Positions 7,590 through 16,639 of a stretch of 33,502 bases of DNA are shown here, one piece after another. Both the position numbers and the translations under genes were made by a program. Within the stretch, counting starts at the first letter, position 1; each line of letters starts with the position of its first letter. Below the pieces are notes generated by a model, which was given only the letters and a program-made list of their open reading frames with translations, had not been told where the DNA came from and searched no databases. Source of the DNA: a virus (taxonomy: Duplodnaviria; Caudoviricetes). The DNA lies in the IMG/VR virus record IMGVR_UViG_3300048855_000221, positions 1 to 33,502 of that record. One strand, written 5' to 3'.

Positions 7590-8198
7590 GTGGCGAAAAA
7601 GCGTGGAAGGGCAGGGCGCCCACGGTCGATCAGGCCGCGGCATCCCGGCGGCCAGGTCGTGCGGCAGCAGGTCGAGGCCGTCACGCCGGAGCTGGCGGCG
7701 AGGCGCGCGAGCGCCACGGGTGGGGACGGCGATGCGTGGCGCGACCAGCTGGGCGGGACCGTGCTCGGGGCGCTCTACCGTCGCGGCGCGCTGGCAATCA
7801 ACGAGCACGAGGCGCCAGGCATCGCGACCGGCCGCTACCTCGCCGGGCTCGACTACGGCGAGCTGATGGACCGCGTCGGCCGCCAGATCGCGGCCCCGCG
7901 CGGCATGGCGCAGAAGCCGCAGGGGCGTTCGCTCTCGGTCGACAACGCCGAGGCCTTCGCCCGGACCATGGCGCAGTACCGCGAGACGCTCGACGCGCTC
8001 GGCCGGCTCGATTTCCGGTGCCGCATCGCGCTCTCGTTGGCCTGCCCGGACCCAGCGGCCGATGTGGATGCGCTGCTGCCCAAGGCGATCGCGGCGGCCC
8101 CGCTGATCCGGGATGCCCTGGACGCGCTCGTGCGGGCGGCGCCGAGAATCAAGGCCGCCGGCCGCGCCGCCGTGGATGCCATGAAGGAAGCGGCGTAG
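7590..8198 (+). CDS. Putative late-gene activator/antiterminator (Q-equivalent position)
   Basis: GGAGG then GTG 7590; basic N-terminus, GTVLGALYRRG..YLAGLDY; last gene before a terminator and the late operon; function inferred from position. Confidence 0.6.
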   Translation: MAKKRGRAGRPRSIRPRHPGGQVVRQQVEAVTPELAARRASATGGDGDAWRDQLGGTVLGALYRRGALAINEHEAPGIATGRYLAGLDYGELMDRVGRQIAAPRGMAQKPQGRSLSVDNAEAFARTMAQYRETLDALGRLDFRCRIALSLACPDPAADVDALLPKAIAAAPLIRDALDALVRAAPRIKAAGRAAVDAMKEAA

Positions 8199-8278
8199 CT
8201 GTCGCATCTGAGGCTTGCGCTCTCGCCTGAGATGTGGTCCATTACCAATATGCAGGGTGACGTCGTGCGCCCGAAGAC

Positions 8279-8315
8279 AGCCCGCCCCGGGAAACCGGTG
8301 GCGGGTTTTTCGTTT
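8279..8315 (+). terminator. Intrinsic terminator ahead of the late operon
   Basis: CCCGCC-CCGG GAAA CCGG-T-GGCGGG followed by TTTTTCGTTT. Confidence 0.8.
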
Positions 8316-8326
8316 CCGAGGTCTGC

Positions 8327-8428
8327 ATGCCGTACCAGACCGTCGACAACCCGCCGCCAGCCGCAACCCGGGTCCTTGTCTACGGCGACACGCCAGCGGG
8401 CGGCACGCCATCTCAGCGACGAGGCTGA
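8327..8428 (+). CDS. Candidate 33-aa small protein (not in ORF track)
   Basis: GAGG-N5-ATG; MPYQTVDNPPPAATRVLVYGDTPAGGTPSQRRG; fills the gap between terminator and HNH gene. Confidence 0.45.
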   Translation: MPYQTVDNPPPAATRVLVYGDTPAGGTPSQRRG

Positions 8429-8434
8429 AGTCCA

Positions 8435-8833
8435 ATGCCCTCTCGTCCGCCCCGCATGCAGATGGCCGCGAAGGGAGCGGCACAGCGCTCGGGTGACCGC
8501 AGGCATGACGCCAAGCGCAGCAGCAGGGACTATCGGGCTTGGTATCGGTCAGCAGCTTGGCGTCGGATCCGCGCCGAGCATCTGGCCCTGGAACCCGTCT
8601 GCCGCATGTGCCGGGCCAACGGCATCCTGAACGATGGCGGACGGAAGGTGGACGGGTCGCCGGAGCCGAACCCGAGCATGCGGGGCCTGATCGTCGACCA
8701 TGAGCAGCCGCATCGCGGAGATCCGCACCTGTTCTTCCATGGGCCGAAGCAGACACTCTGCATCACCCATCACAACCGGGTGAAGCAGCGGATCGAAGCG
8801 GCGGCCCTGACGCGGTCCCGACGCCCGGCCTGA
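8435..8833 (+). CDS. HNH endonuclease, terminase-associated (HK97 gp74-like)
   Basis: WRRIR..EPVCRMC..VDHEQPHRGD..QTLCITHH; directly upstream of terS. Confidence 0.9.
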   Translation: MPSRPPRMQMAAKGAAQRSGDRRHDAKRSSRDYRAWYRSAAWRRIRAEHLALEPVCRMCRANGILNDGGRKVDGSPEPNPSMRGLIVDHEQPHRGDPHLFFHGPKQTLCITHHNRVKQRIEAAALTRSRRPA

Positions 8834-8914
8834 TGCGAGCCTGTCGCGGGTCGGAGATCGCATGCCGCGCTGCAACATGCATGACCAAGGCGCATCTGTT
8901 GCAGAAATGACACG

Positions 8915-9000
8915 TCCCTGGGGGGTGTAAGAAAGTTGCGCTCCCGGCCGTCGGAAACCGGCGCCCTTCGTCAGATTTTCGCGCCTGTGAATAAAACTTG
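8915..9000. other. Candidate cos packaging region
   Basis: Non-coding gap between HNH and terS; G-run 8920-8925 and GC-rich ACCGGCGCCC (8957-8966) flanked by AT-richer tracts. Confidence 0.5.
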
Positions 9001-9043
9001 GCGGCCCAGTAAAATCGAACTCGGTTGAACAGAGGATGACGGG

Positions 9044-9451
9044 ATGAAGCGAGGCCCCAAGCCCGATCTCCCGGCCGAGCGCATCGCCCGCGGCACCCTG
9101 TCGCGCAGCGCAGCGCCGTCCGTCGATCTGTACGAGCCCAACGCCATGCCGACCCAGCCGGACTGGCTCACGGCCGAGGGTGAGGAAGTCTGGATGGACG
9201 ACATCGGGCGCGTTACCGCGTCTCGCATGGCGACCGAGAAGGACAGCACGCAGTTCGCCAACTACTGCAACCTGCAGGGCGCGATCAACAAAACCTGGCG
9301 AGAGGGCGAGTGCCCGCCCGTGGCGGCGCTGACCGAGGCCCGCCGCATGGCCGAGCAGTTCGGCATCTTCGGCGCCAAGAGCCGGTTGCAGGGCGGCGGG
9401 GCCGAGGACGGCAAGAGCAAGAACCCCTTCAGCCGGAATGGCCGCCACTAA
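9044..9451 (+). CDS. terS: Terminase small subunit
   Basis: MKRGPKP..PDWLT..EQFGI..SRL..NPF pattern; overlaps terL. Confidence 0.9.
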   Translation: MKRGPKPDLPAERIARGTLSRSAAPSVDLYEPNAMPTQPDWLTAEGEEVWMDDIGRVTASRMATEKDSTQFANYCNLQGAINKTWREGECPPVAALTEARRMAEQFGIFGAKSRLQGGGAEDGKSKNPFSRNGRH

Positions 9452-11234
9452 GGAGCTGACCCACGCTCGCGACTACGTCGGCATCGCAAATGCCTACGCC
9501 CGCGAGGCGGTGGCCGACAAGAAGGGCGAGCGGTTCTGCAAGTGGGTCCGGCTAGCGGCGAAGCGCCATCTGGACGACCTGAAGCGGGCGGCGGTCGGCT
9601 GGGAGTTCTACTTCGACCCGTGGCACGGCAACGACGTGTGCGACTTCATCGAGAAGCTGCCGCACGTCGAGGGCGTCTGGGATGAGCCGAACATCCGGCT
9701 GGAGCCGCCGCAGATCTTCATCCTGGTGTCGGTCTTCGGCTGGCGCCGGCACGAGGACGGCCTGCGGCGGTTCTCGGACGTCTACATCGAGATGGCGCGC
9801 AAGGGCGCCAAGAGCACGCTCACGGCCGGTGTCGCGCTGTACTGCCTGTGCTGCGAAGGAGAGCCCGGGCCGCAGGTCATCATCGGCGCGACCACCGGTG
9901 CGCAGGCGCAGAAGGTGTTCAAGCCGGCGCAGTCGATGGTTAGGAAGACTCCCGACCTTCGGGAGGCCTTCGGCGTTGCGGCCTGGGCCAGGTCGATCAC
10001 CTGCGCCGAGAGCGACGGCTTCATTCAGACGATCAACGCCAAGGCCTCGACACAGGACGGCTGGAACCCGCACGTCGGCATCCTCGACGAGCTGCACGCG
10101 CACAAGGATCGCGGGCTGTTCGACGTCATCAAGTCGGCCTTCGGCGCCCGCAAGAACCCGCTCATGTGGTCGATCACGACCGCGGGCTACAACCTGCACG
10201 GCGTCTGCTACGAGCAGCGGACCTACCTGACGAAGGTGCTGCAGGGCATCTTCGAGGCCGACCACTTCTTCGGGATCATCTTCACCCTCGACGACGAGGA
10301 GGTGGACGACGCCGGCAAGGTGGTCCGGCCGGCAGACGACCCGTTCGACCCGAAGGTGTGGATCAAGGCGAACCCCATGCTGGGGATCACGCCGACGCTG
10401 CGGAGCATGACGGAATACGCCAAGGATGCCCGGCAGTCGCCGAGCGCCGAGGGCGAGTTCAAGACCAAGCGCCTGAACGTCTGGATGAACGCCGCGGGCG
10501 CGTGGCTCAACATGGCGCAGTGGAAGGCCTGCGCGGATCCGACGCTGAGCTGGGACGATTTCAAGGGGCTCGACTGCTATGTCGGCGGTGACCTGGCGGA
10601 CAAGGACGACCTGACTGCGCTGGTGCTGGCGGCGATCGACAAGGCCGGCCGGCTGCTGGTCAAGCCTCGGTTCTTCCTTCCCGAGGCGGTGCTGGAACAC
10701 GCCGATCATGCGGAAGGGAAGGGGCCGGCGCCCTATCGGACCTGGCAGAAACAAGGCCACCTGATCCTCACCCCTGGTGATTGGGTCGACCACAACGAGG
10801 TCGAGAAGCTGATCCGCGAGTGGATCGGCAGCCTCGGGGTCCGGCAGGTCACGTTCGACCAGTTCGCGGCCGGCCAGGCCATGGCGAGCCGGCTCAACGA
10901 AGATCTGGCAAGCCCGGACACGCCGATCGCGGGGATCCTGCACAAGTCGGCGCCGAACGTCACGGATCCGGCCAAGGATCTGGAGGCCCGGGTGAAGTCC
11001 GGACCCAGCCGGCTGAGGCACGACGGCAACCCCGTCATGGACTGGTGCGCCAGCAACGTCGTGGTTTCGCGACGCGTCGACGGCTCGATCATTCCGAAGA
11101 AGGAGGCGCCGATGTCGCCGCAGAAGATCGATGGCGTCGACGCGGCGATCAACGCGATCGCGCCGATGGTAAAGCCGCCGGCGCCGGATGACGGATTCGA
11201 GGGCTACCTGGCCAGCCTGAAGAGGGCGGCATGA
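9438..11234 (+). CDS. terL: Terminase large subunit
   Basis: LEPPQ, Walker A variant ARKGAKST, Walker B ILDELH, ITTAG, nuclease GGDLA and KIDGVDA. Confidence 0.96.
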   Translation: MAATKELTHARDYVGIANAYAREAVADKKGERFCKWVRLAAKRHLDDLKRAAVGWEFYFDPWHGNDVCDFIEKLPHVEGVWDEPNIRLEPPQIFILVSVFGWRRHEDGLRRFSDVYIEMARKGAKSTLTAGVALYCLCCEGEPGPQVIIGATTGAQAQKVFKPAQSMVRKTPDLREAFGVAAWARSITCAESDGFIQTINAKASTQDGWNPHVGILDELHAHKDRGLFDVIKSAFGARKNPLMWSITTAGYNLHGVCYEQRTYLTKVLQGIFEADHFFGIIFTLDDEEVDDAGKVVRPADDPFDPKVWIKANPMLGITPTLRSMTEYAKDARQSPSAEGEFKTKRLNVWMNAAGAWLNMAQWKACADPTLSWDDFKGLDCYVGGDLADKDDLTALVLAAIDKAGRLLVKPRFFLPEAVLEHADHAEGKGPAPYRTWQKQGHLILTPGDWVDHNEVEKLIREWIGSLGVRQVTFDQFAAGQAMASRLNEDLASPDTPIAGILHKSAPNVTDPAKDLEARVKSGPSRLRHDGNPVMDWCASNVVVSRRVDGSIIPKKEAPMSPQKIDGVDAAINAIAPMVKPPAPDDGFEGYLASLKRAA

Positions 11235-12445
11235 AGCTGCGCCACAAGATGGCCACGGTGGTGAAGCGGTGGCTGGACATCAGGGATCCGGAAGGCTGGC
11301 CGATCGATCGCGCTCATGCCGGCGAGGCGGTGACGGACACCAGCGCGCTCGCGCTTTCGGCGGTGTGGGCCTGCGTCAACCTGCTGGCCGGCACCATCGC
11401 CTCGCTGCCGCTGATGGTCTACCGGACGCTGCCCGACGGCACGAAGGAAGTCGTCAAGGACCACCCGCTGTACCGGGTGCTGCATGACAGCCCCAATGCG
11501 GACCAGACGGCATCGGATTTCTGGGAGTTCATGTCGGCTGCGCTGGAGTTGCGCGGCAACACCTTTGCCCGGAAGGTGAAATCCGGCGACCGCATCGTTG
11601 CCCTGCAGCCGATTGACCCCCGGCTCCCGTCGGTGCGGCGCCTGCCGAGCGGCGGCATCGAGTACCGGTGGACGCAGGACGGCACGTCCTACGTCGAGAC
11701 CGAAGCGGGCATGCTGCATATCCGGGGGTTCGGCGGCGACCCGCTCGGCGGGCTGTCGACCCTGCATTTCGGCCGGCATACGTTCGGCCTGGCCCAGGCC
11801 GCGGATCGGACCGCCGGCGGCATGTACTCCAACGGGCTTCGGCCCTCTGGCGTTCTGACCTTTGGCACCTTTCTGACGAAGGAGCAGCGTGACATTCTGG
11901 AGCCCGCGCTGATCGAGAAGTTCACCGGCGCGATGAACGCCGGCCGGCCGATGGTGCTGGAGGGGGGCAGCAAGTGGGAACAGCTGAGCCTCACTCCAGA
12001 AGATGCGCAGATGCTGGAGTCGCGGGCGTTCTCTATCGAAGAGATCTGCCGGTTCTTCGGCGTCCCGCCGGTCATGATCGGCCACACCAGCAAGACGACC
12101 AGCTGGCCGACCGGCGTCGAGCAGCAGGGTTTGATCCTGCAGAAGTTCACCTTGCGGCGTCGACTGAACCGCATCGAGCAGTCGCTCGAGAAGCAGCTGC
12201 TGACCGCAGCGGATCGAGCTGCTGGGCTCGCCATCGAATTCAACATTCAGGGGCTCCTGCGAGGGGACAGCGCCGCGCGAGCGACCTTCTACCAGTCGGC
12301 CCTGACCAACGGCTGGATGACGATCAACGAGGTCCGGGCGCTGGAGAACCTGCCGAGCGTCGAGGGCGGCGACGTGCCGCGGATGCAGATCCAGAACGCC
12401 CCTATCACCGAGGCGGGGCGACTGCCCGCCGCCGGGAACGCCTGA
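11231..12445 (+). CDS. HK97-family portal protein
   Basis: SAVWACVNLLAGTIASLP, LRGN, MLHIRG, EEICRFFGVPP, GWMTINEVRALENL. Confidence 0.96.
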   Translation: MKLRHKMATVVKRWLDIRDPEGWPIDRAHAGEAVTDTSALALSAVWACVNLLAGTIASLPLMVYRTLPDGTKEVVKDHPLYRVLHDSPNADQTASDFWEFMSAALELRGNTFARKVKSGDRIVALQPIDPRLPSVRRLPSGGIEYRWTQDGTSYVETEAGMLHIRGFGGDPLGGLSTLHFGRHTFGLAQAADRTAGGMYSNGLRPSGVLTFGTFLTKEQRDILEPALIEKFTGAMNAGRPMVLEGGSKWEQLSLTPEDAQMLESRAFSIEEICRFFGVPPVMIGHTSKTTSWPTGVEQQGLILQKFTLRRRLNRIEQSLEKQLLTAADRAAGLAIEFNIQGLLRGDSAARATFYQSALTNGWMTINEVRALENLPSVEGGDVPRMQIQNAPITEAGRLPAAGNA

Positions 12446-12480
12446 CCGTGGCGTCGTCCCTCCAGACCGCGGAGTGCTTC

Positions 12481-13140
12481 ATGACCCAGCACTACGACTA
12501 CATGCTCGACACCAAGGCGGTGGGCGAGGATGGCGAGTTCGAGGGCTATGCCTCGACCTTCGGAAACGTCGACCTGGGCGGCGACATCGTCGAGCCGGGC
12601 GCTTTCGTCGAGAGCGTCGAGCAGGCGAGGAAGGACGGCCGCACGATCCCGATGCTGTGGCAGCACGACCAGCGCGAGCCGATCGGCGTGTGGCATGACA
12701 TCACCGAGGACAAGAAGGGCCTGAAGGTCCGCGGCCGGCTGCTGATCGAAAGCGACCCGCTGGCCCTGCGCGCGCACGCCCACCTGAAGGCAAAATCCAT
12801 AGGCGGCATGTCGATCGGCTACCGCATCCCCGCCGGCGGCATCGCTGAGGACGAGAAGCGGCCAGGCGTCAGCCGGCTGAAGAAGATCGACCTGCGTGAG
12901 ATTTCGCTCGTGACCATGCCCATGAACATCCGGGCCCGGGTCACCAGCGTGAAAGCAATTCTGGAGGGCGGCGGCATGCCGTCTGTCCGGGAATTCGAGG
13001 AGTTCCTGCGGGATGCAGGCGGCTTCTCTAAGAGCCTTGCCGCGGCCATCGCCGGCAAGGCCGCTCCGCATCTTCGGGGGGAGCCCGAGGCCAAGGCGGA
13101 TGAAGCGGCCCGGTTCCTGCAAACGCTGCTGGCCGGGTAA
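12481..13140 (+). CDS. HK97-family prohead protease
   Basis: FEGYASTFGNVDLGGD, MLWQHD, GMSIGY, LREISLVT; GGAG SD before ATG 12481. Confidence 0.95.
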   Translation: MTQHYDYMLDTKAVGEDGEFEGYASTFGNVDLGGDIVEPGAFVESVEQARKDGRTIPMLWQHDQREPIGVWHDITEDKKGLKVRGRLLIESDPLALRAHAHLKAKSIGGMSIGYRIPAGGIAEDEKRPGVSRLKKIDLREISLVTMPMNIRARVTSVKAILEGGGMPSVREFEEFLRDAGGFSKSLAAAIAGKAAPHLRGEPEAKADEAARFLQTLLAG

Positions 13141-13170
13141 CTGCCCCCCCACTCAGATCCGGAGGACGTA

Positions 13171-14373
13171 ATGTCCGAGACGAAGACCGCCGAGCAGCTT
13201 GCCGGCGAAGTGAAGGCCGCGTTCGAGAAGTCCCTGGACGCGGTCAAGGGCATTGCCGAAGAGGCCCTTGGCAAGGCTAAGAGCGGCGAGGCACTGACCC
13301 AGGGTGTCAAGGAGAAGGCCGACGAGGCGCTCCTGAAGATGAACGGCCTTCAGGAGCAACTGGCCGAGCTCGAGCAGAAGCTGGCCCGCGCCGGCGACGG
13401 CACGAAGGAGGCCGAGAAGACCGTCGGCCAGCGCTTCGTCGAGGATGAGAAGGTCAAGGAGTTCCTCGGCCAGGCGCAGCCCCGCGGCCGCGTCGACATC
13501 CAGGTCAAGGCGACCCTCACTTCCGCGACCACCGACACTGCCGGCGCGGTCGGTGCTGGCGTTCAGCCGACCCGCCTGCCAGGGATCCTGCCGCTCCCGC
13601 AGCGCCGCATGACTGTGCGTGACCTGCTGTCGCCCGGCCAGATGGATGGCAGCACCCTGGAGTATGTCCAGGAGACCGGGTTCACCAACAACGCCGGAAT
13701 GGTGGCGGAGGCCGCGGCGAAGCCGGGGTCCGACATCAAGCTGGCGATGAAGAGCACGACCGCCAAGGTCATCGCCCACTGGATGAAGGCCTCCCGTCAG
13801 GTGCTGGAGGACATCGCCCAGCTGCGCTCGATCATCGACGAGCGGCTGCTGTACGGCCTCGCCTTCAAGGAAGAGACCCAGCTGCTGAACGGCGATGGCA
13901 CCGGCCAGAACCTGCTCGGCATCATCCCGCAGGCGACCGCCTATGCGGCGCCGATCGTCCTGGCGGGCGAGACCAGCATCGACCGGATCCGCCTCGCCAT
14001 GCTGCAGGCGGTGCTCGCCGAGTACCCGGCGACCGGCCACGTCATGAATCCGATCGACTGGACCTACATCGAGACCCTGAAGGACGCCGGCGGCAACTAC
14101 ATCATCGGCGTTCCGCAGGGCAACATCCCGGCGAGCCTCTGGGGGCTGCCGGTGGTGCAGACGCAGTCCATCAGCGTCGACAAGTTCCTGACCGGCGCTT
14201 TCCGCCTTGGCGCGCAGCTGTTCGACCGCTGGCAGGCCCGCGTCGAAATCGCGACCGAGAACGAGGACGACTTCATCAAGAATCTGCTCACCGTCCTGGC
14301 GGAGGAGCGGGTCGCGCTCGCCGTCTACCGGCCCGAGGCCTTCATCTACGGAGACTTCGGGCGGGTCGCCTGA
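13171..14373 (+). CDS. Major capsid protein, HK97 fold with N-terminal delta domain
   Basis: Coiled-coil N-terminus, LLNGDGTG, LWGLPVV, AEERVALAVYRPEAF; GGAGG SD. Confidence 0.97.
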   Translation: MSETKTAEQLAGEVKAAFEKSLDAVKGIAEEALGKAKSGEALTQGVKEKADEALLKMNGLQEQLAELEQKLARAGDGTKEAEKTVGQRFVEDEKVKEFLGQAQPRGRVDIQVKATLTSATTDTAGAVGAGVQPTRLPGILPLPQRRMTVRDLLSPGQMDGSTLEYVQETGFTNNAGMVAEAAAKPGSDIKLAMKSTTAKVIAHWMKASRQVLEDIAQLRSIIDERLLYGLAFKEETQLLNGDGTGQNLLGIIPQATAYAAPIVLAGETSIDRIRLAMLQAVLAEYPATGHVMNPIDWTYIETLKDAGGNYIIGVPQGNIPASLWGLPVVQTQSISVDKFLTGAFRLGAQLFDRWQARVEIATENEDDFIKNLLTVLAEERVALAVYRPEAFIYGDFGRVA

Positions 14374-14390
14374 GCCGTCGGCTCACCAAG

Positions 14391-14418
14391 GCGGGCAGTC
14401 TTCGGGCTGCCTGCTCTG
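14391..14418 (+). terminator. UUCG hairpin after capsid gene (weak terminator or stabiliser)
   Basis: GCGGGCAGTC TTCG GGCTGCCTGC, poor U tract. Confidence 0.55.
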
Positions 14419-14437
14419 TGAACCGATGGAGGAGCCA

Positions 14438-14620
14438 ATGGCCACTTACAAGGTGATGCGCCGGCACGACGGCGAGAAGCCCTACTACGAAGGCGATACC
14501 CGTGAACTGTCCGAGGCCGATGCTAGGCATCTGGTCGAGCTCGGCGTTCTGGAGAAGGCGGAAGGCACGGCCAGGAACAAGGCCGAGGGGACGCCGAAGA
14601 ACAAGGGCGCAAAGACCTAG
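14438..14620 (+). CDS. Small head-associated hypothetical protein, 60 aa
   Basis: GGAGGAG SD; EGDTRELSEADARHLVELGVL and Lys-rich tail, typical of post-capsid small genes. Confidence 0.8.
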   Translation: MATYKVMRRHDGEKPYYEGDTRELSEADARHLVELGVLEKAEGTARNKAEGTPKNKGAKT

Positions 14621-14634
14621 ACCGGGAGGCCAGC

Positions 14635-14982
14635 ATGGCGATCACGACCAAGCAGCAGCGGCAGCGCAGTTTCGCCGGCTATGTCGGCTCGATCGGCGGC
14701 GTGCCGGTCGCGCCGTCCAACACCGTGCTGCCGGCCATCACCGGAACGGCGCAGGTGGGCCAGGTGCTGACGTCCACCACCGGCAGCTGGACCGCTCGGC
14801 CAGGCGCGACCTACGCGCGCCAGTGGAAGGCGGCCGGCGTCAACATCGGTGGCGCGACCGGGACTACCTACACGCCGGTCGGCGGCGACGTCGGAAAGAC
14901 CATCACTGTCACGGTGACGGCGACGAACAGCAAGGGCTCGGCCCCGGCCACCAGCGCGGCCACGTCCGCGGTGATCGCCTGA
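14635..14982 (+). CDS. Ig-like domain protein, possible head decoration
   Basis: PAITGTAQVGQVLT..GSW..YARQW..IGGATGTTYT..DVGKTITVTVTATN beta-sandwich pattern; GGGAGG SD. Confidence 0.8.
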   Translation: MAITTKQQRQRSFAGYVGSIGGVPVAPSNTVLPAITGTAQVGQVLTSTTGSWTARPGATYARQWKAAGVNIGGATGTTYTPVGGDVGKTITVTVTATNSKGSAPATSAATSAVIA

Positions 14983-14983
14983 C

Positions 14984-15565
14984 ATGCGCCTGTGCTCCTA
15001 CCCGATCGGCCAGCCCGAGCCCGTCCTGACGCTTGAGGAGGCCAAGGCGCATCTGCGCATCGACCACGCGGGTGAAGACGCTGTGATCGAGCGCTGCATC
15101 GTCGGCGCCGTCTCGGGCGTGGCGGGCTGGCTCGATCGCGCGCTGGGGCGTCAGGCATTTGTCGGGCGGCTGGACGGCAGTTATCCGTGCCGGCCTATCG
15201 AATTGTCGCCGCCCCCGGTCCGGGCCATTACGACGCTGCGCTACGTCGACGAGGACGGAGCAGAGCAGACCATGCCCGATACCGACTATCGACTGGTCGA
15301 CCGCGGCCCGGCGCCGTCGCTGATCAGCCTGGCCCATGGCGTGTCGGCCCCCTCCGTCCGCTGCCAGCTGAACAGCATCACTGTCGAGTTCGACGCCGGC
15401 TATGACGACGAACTGCCCATGCCGGACTCCATCCGCACTGGCCTGCTCCTGATGGTCGGCCACCTGTTCGAGAACCGAGAGGCTGTCGTCCTCGGGAGCA
15501 CGCCTTCTGAGCTGCCGCTGAGCGTGCAGTTCTTCCTTGCCCAGCACCGTGTGCTGAGAGTTTGA
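14984..15565 (+). CDS. Head-tail connector (gp6-like adaptor)
   Basis: LTLEEAKAHLRID..EDAVI; LLMVGHLFENRE. Confidence 0.92.
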   Translation: MRLCSYPIGQPEPVLTLEEAKAHLRIDHAGEDAVIERCIVGAVSGVAGWLDRALGRQAFVGRLDGSYPCRPIELSPPPVRAITTLRYVDEDGAEQTMPDTDYRLVDRGPAPSLISLAHGVSAPSVRCQLNSITVEFDAGYDDELPMPDSIRTGLLLMVGHLFENREAVVLGSTPSELPLSVQFFLAQHRVLRV

Positions 15566-15768
15566 CGGTGGGCTGGTTTCTGAACCTGCTTTGGGGCCCT
15601 GAGCCAGAGTTCAAGTCTGGTGAGGCGCTGCCCTTCCTGCGCTATCGCAACGGCCGGGTGCTGCGCCCACGGATCTCGCCTGGCGTCCAGTATTTCATCG
15701 TGGGGCCGAAGCTGCCCTGGGTGAACGAGCACAAGATGGCGGGCCGGCGGCCGGAGGAGATGCGCTGA
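15562..15768 (+). CDS. Hypothetical 68-aa protein inserted in the neck module
   Basis: TTGA overlap with upstream stop and TGATG overlap with downstream start. Confidence 0.55.
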   Translation: MTVGWFLNLLWGPEPEFKSGEALPFLRYRNGRVLRPRISPGVQYFIVGPKLPWVNEHKMAGRRPEEMR

Positions 15769-16124
15769 TGCGCGCCGGGCTGCTGGATTGCCGGGTGGTA
15801 ATCGAGAGGAAGACATCGCCGCAGGACGGTACGGGCGAGGAGGTCGATGCCTGGGCGCCGGCGATCGCGACGGGCGACCATGCGGTGTGGATGGGCAGGC
15901 GCGACGTGCGGGCCGCCGAGCGCTTCGCGGCGCAGCAGACGGTGGCCGAGATCGACACCGTGTTCACCGCGCGCTGGGCACCCGGCTTCGAGGAAATCCA
16001 ACCCGACACCCATCGGCTGGTCTATCGCGGCCGAATCTACAACATCCACGGGGTGACCGAGATCGGCCGCCGGAACAAAATCGAGATCGCCTGCGCGGCG
16101 CGGGGCGAAGCGGCATTCCGCTGA
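15768..16124 (+). CDS. Head closure protein (SPP1 gp16-like)
   Basis: MRAGLLDCRVVIE..ERFAAQQ..RLVYRGRIYNI. Confidence 0.9.
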   Translation: MRAGLLDCRVVIERKTSPQDGTGEEVDAWAPAIATGDHAVWMGRRDVRAAERFAAQQTVAEIDTVFTARWAPGFEEIQPDTHRLVYRGRIYNIHGVTEIGRRNKIEIACAARGEAAFR

Positions 16125-16639
16125 TGGCTCGGAGTGGCGGCCGCCGGACCTTCCGGATGGAGCTGAAGGGCGCCAAGGAATTGGAGGCCGCGCTGCTGGC
16201 CCTGCCGAAGCGGGTGCGCAAGGCGGCGATCCGCCGGGCGTTGATCAAGTCGGCAATGCCGATCGCGCAGCACGCCCGCGCCCTGGTGAAGGCCAACAGC
16301 ACGCGCACCGGGCGGCTGGAGCGCGTCATCAACGTGGCCACCACCCTGTCGCGTCGGCAGCGGCGCAGCCGCGCCCGCGGCGCCGACAGGAAGGCAGTCG
16401 AGGTCTTCCTGGGCGCCGGGCCGGCGCGGCAAGCGCACCTGATCGAGTTCGGCACCGGCCCGCGCGTGCACAAGGATGGGTCGTCGACAGGCGCGGTGCG
16501 CGCCGAGCCGTTCATGCGCCCGGCCTGGGAGGGCGGCAAGATGAAGGCGCTGGAGGATTTCGGCCGGATGCTGTGGGACGAGATAGCGAGGTCGGCCAAG
16601 CAGGTCGCGGCGCGGGCGTTGCGGGCGGCGAAGCGATGA
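16124..16639 (+). CDS. HK97 gp10-like neck protein
   Basis: GAKELEAAL..AHLIEFGT..AEPFMRPAW; TGATG coupling. Confidence 0.9.
   Translation: MARSGGRRTFRMELKGAKELEAALLALPKRVRKAAIRRALIKSAMPIAQHARALVKANSTRTGRLERVINVATTLSRRQRRSRARGADRKAVEVFLGAGPARQAHLIEFGTGPRVHKDGSSTGAVRAEPFMRPAWEGGKMKALEDFGRMLWDEIARSAKQVAARALRAAKR

Noticed and set aside
11974-12480. Long N-terminal extension of the prohead protease ORF
   Set aside because: Overlaps the portal gene; SD and family motifs begin at ATG 12481
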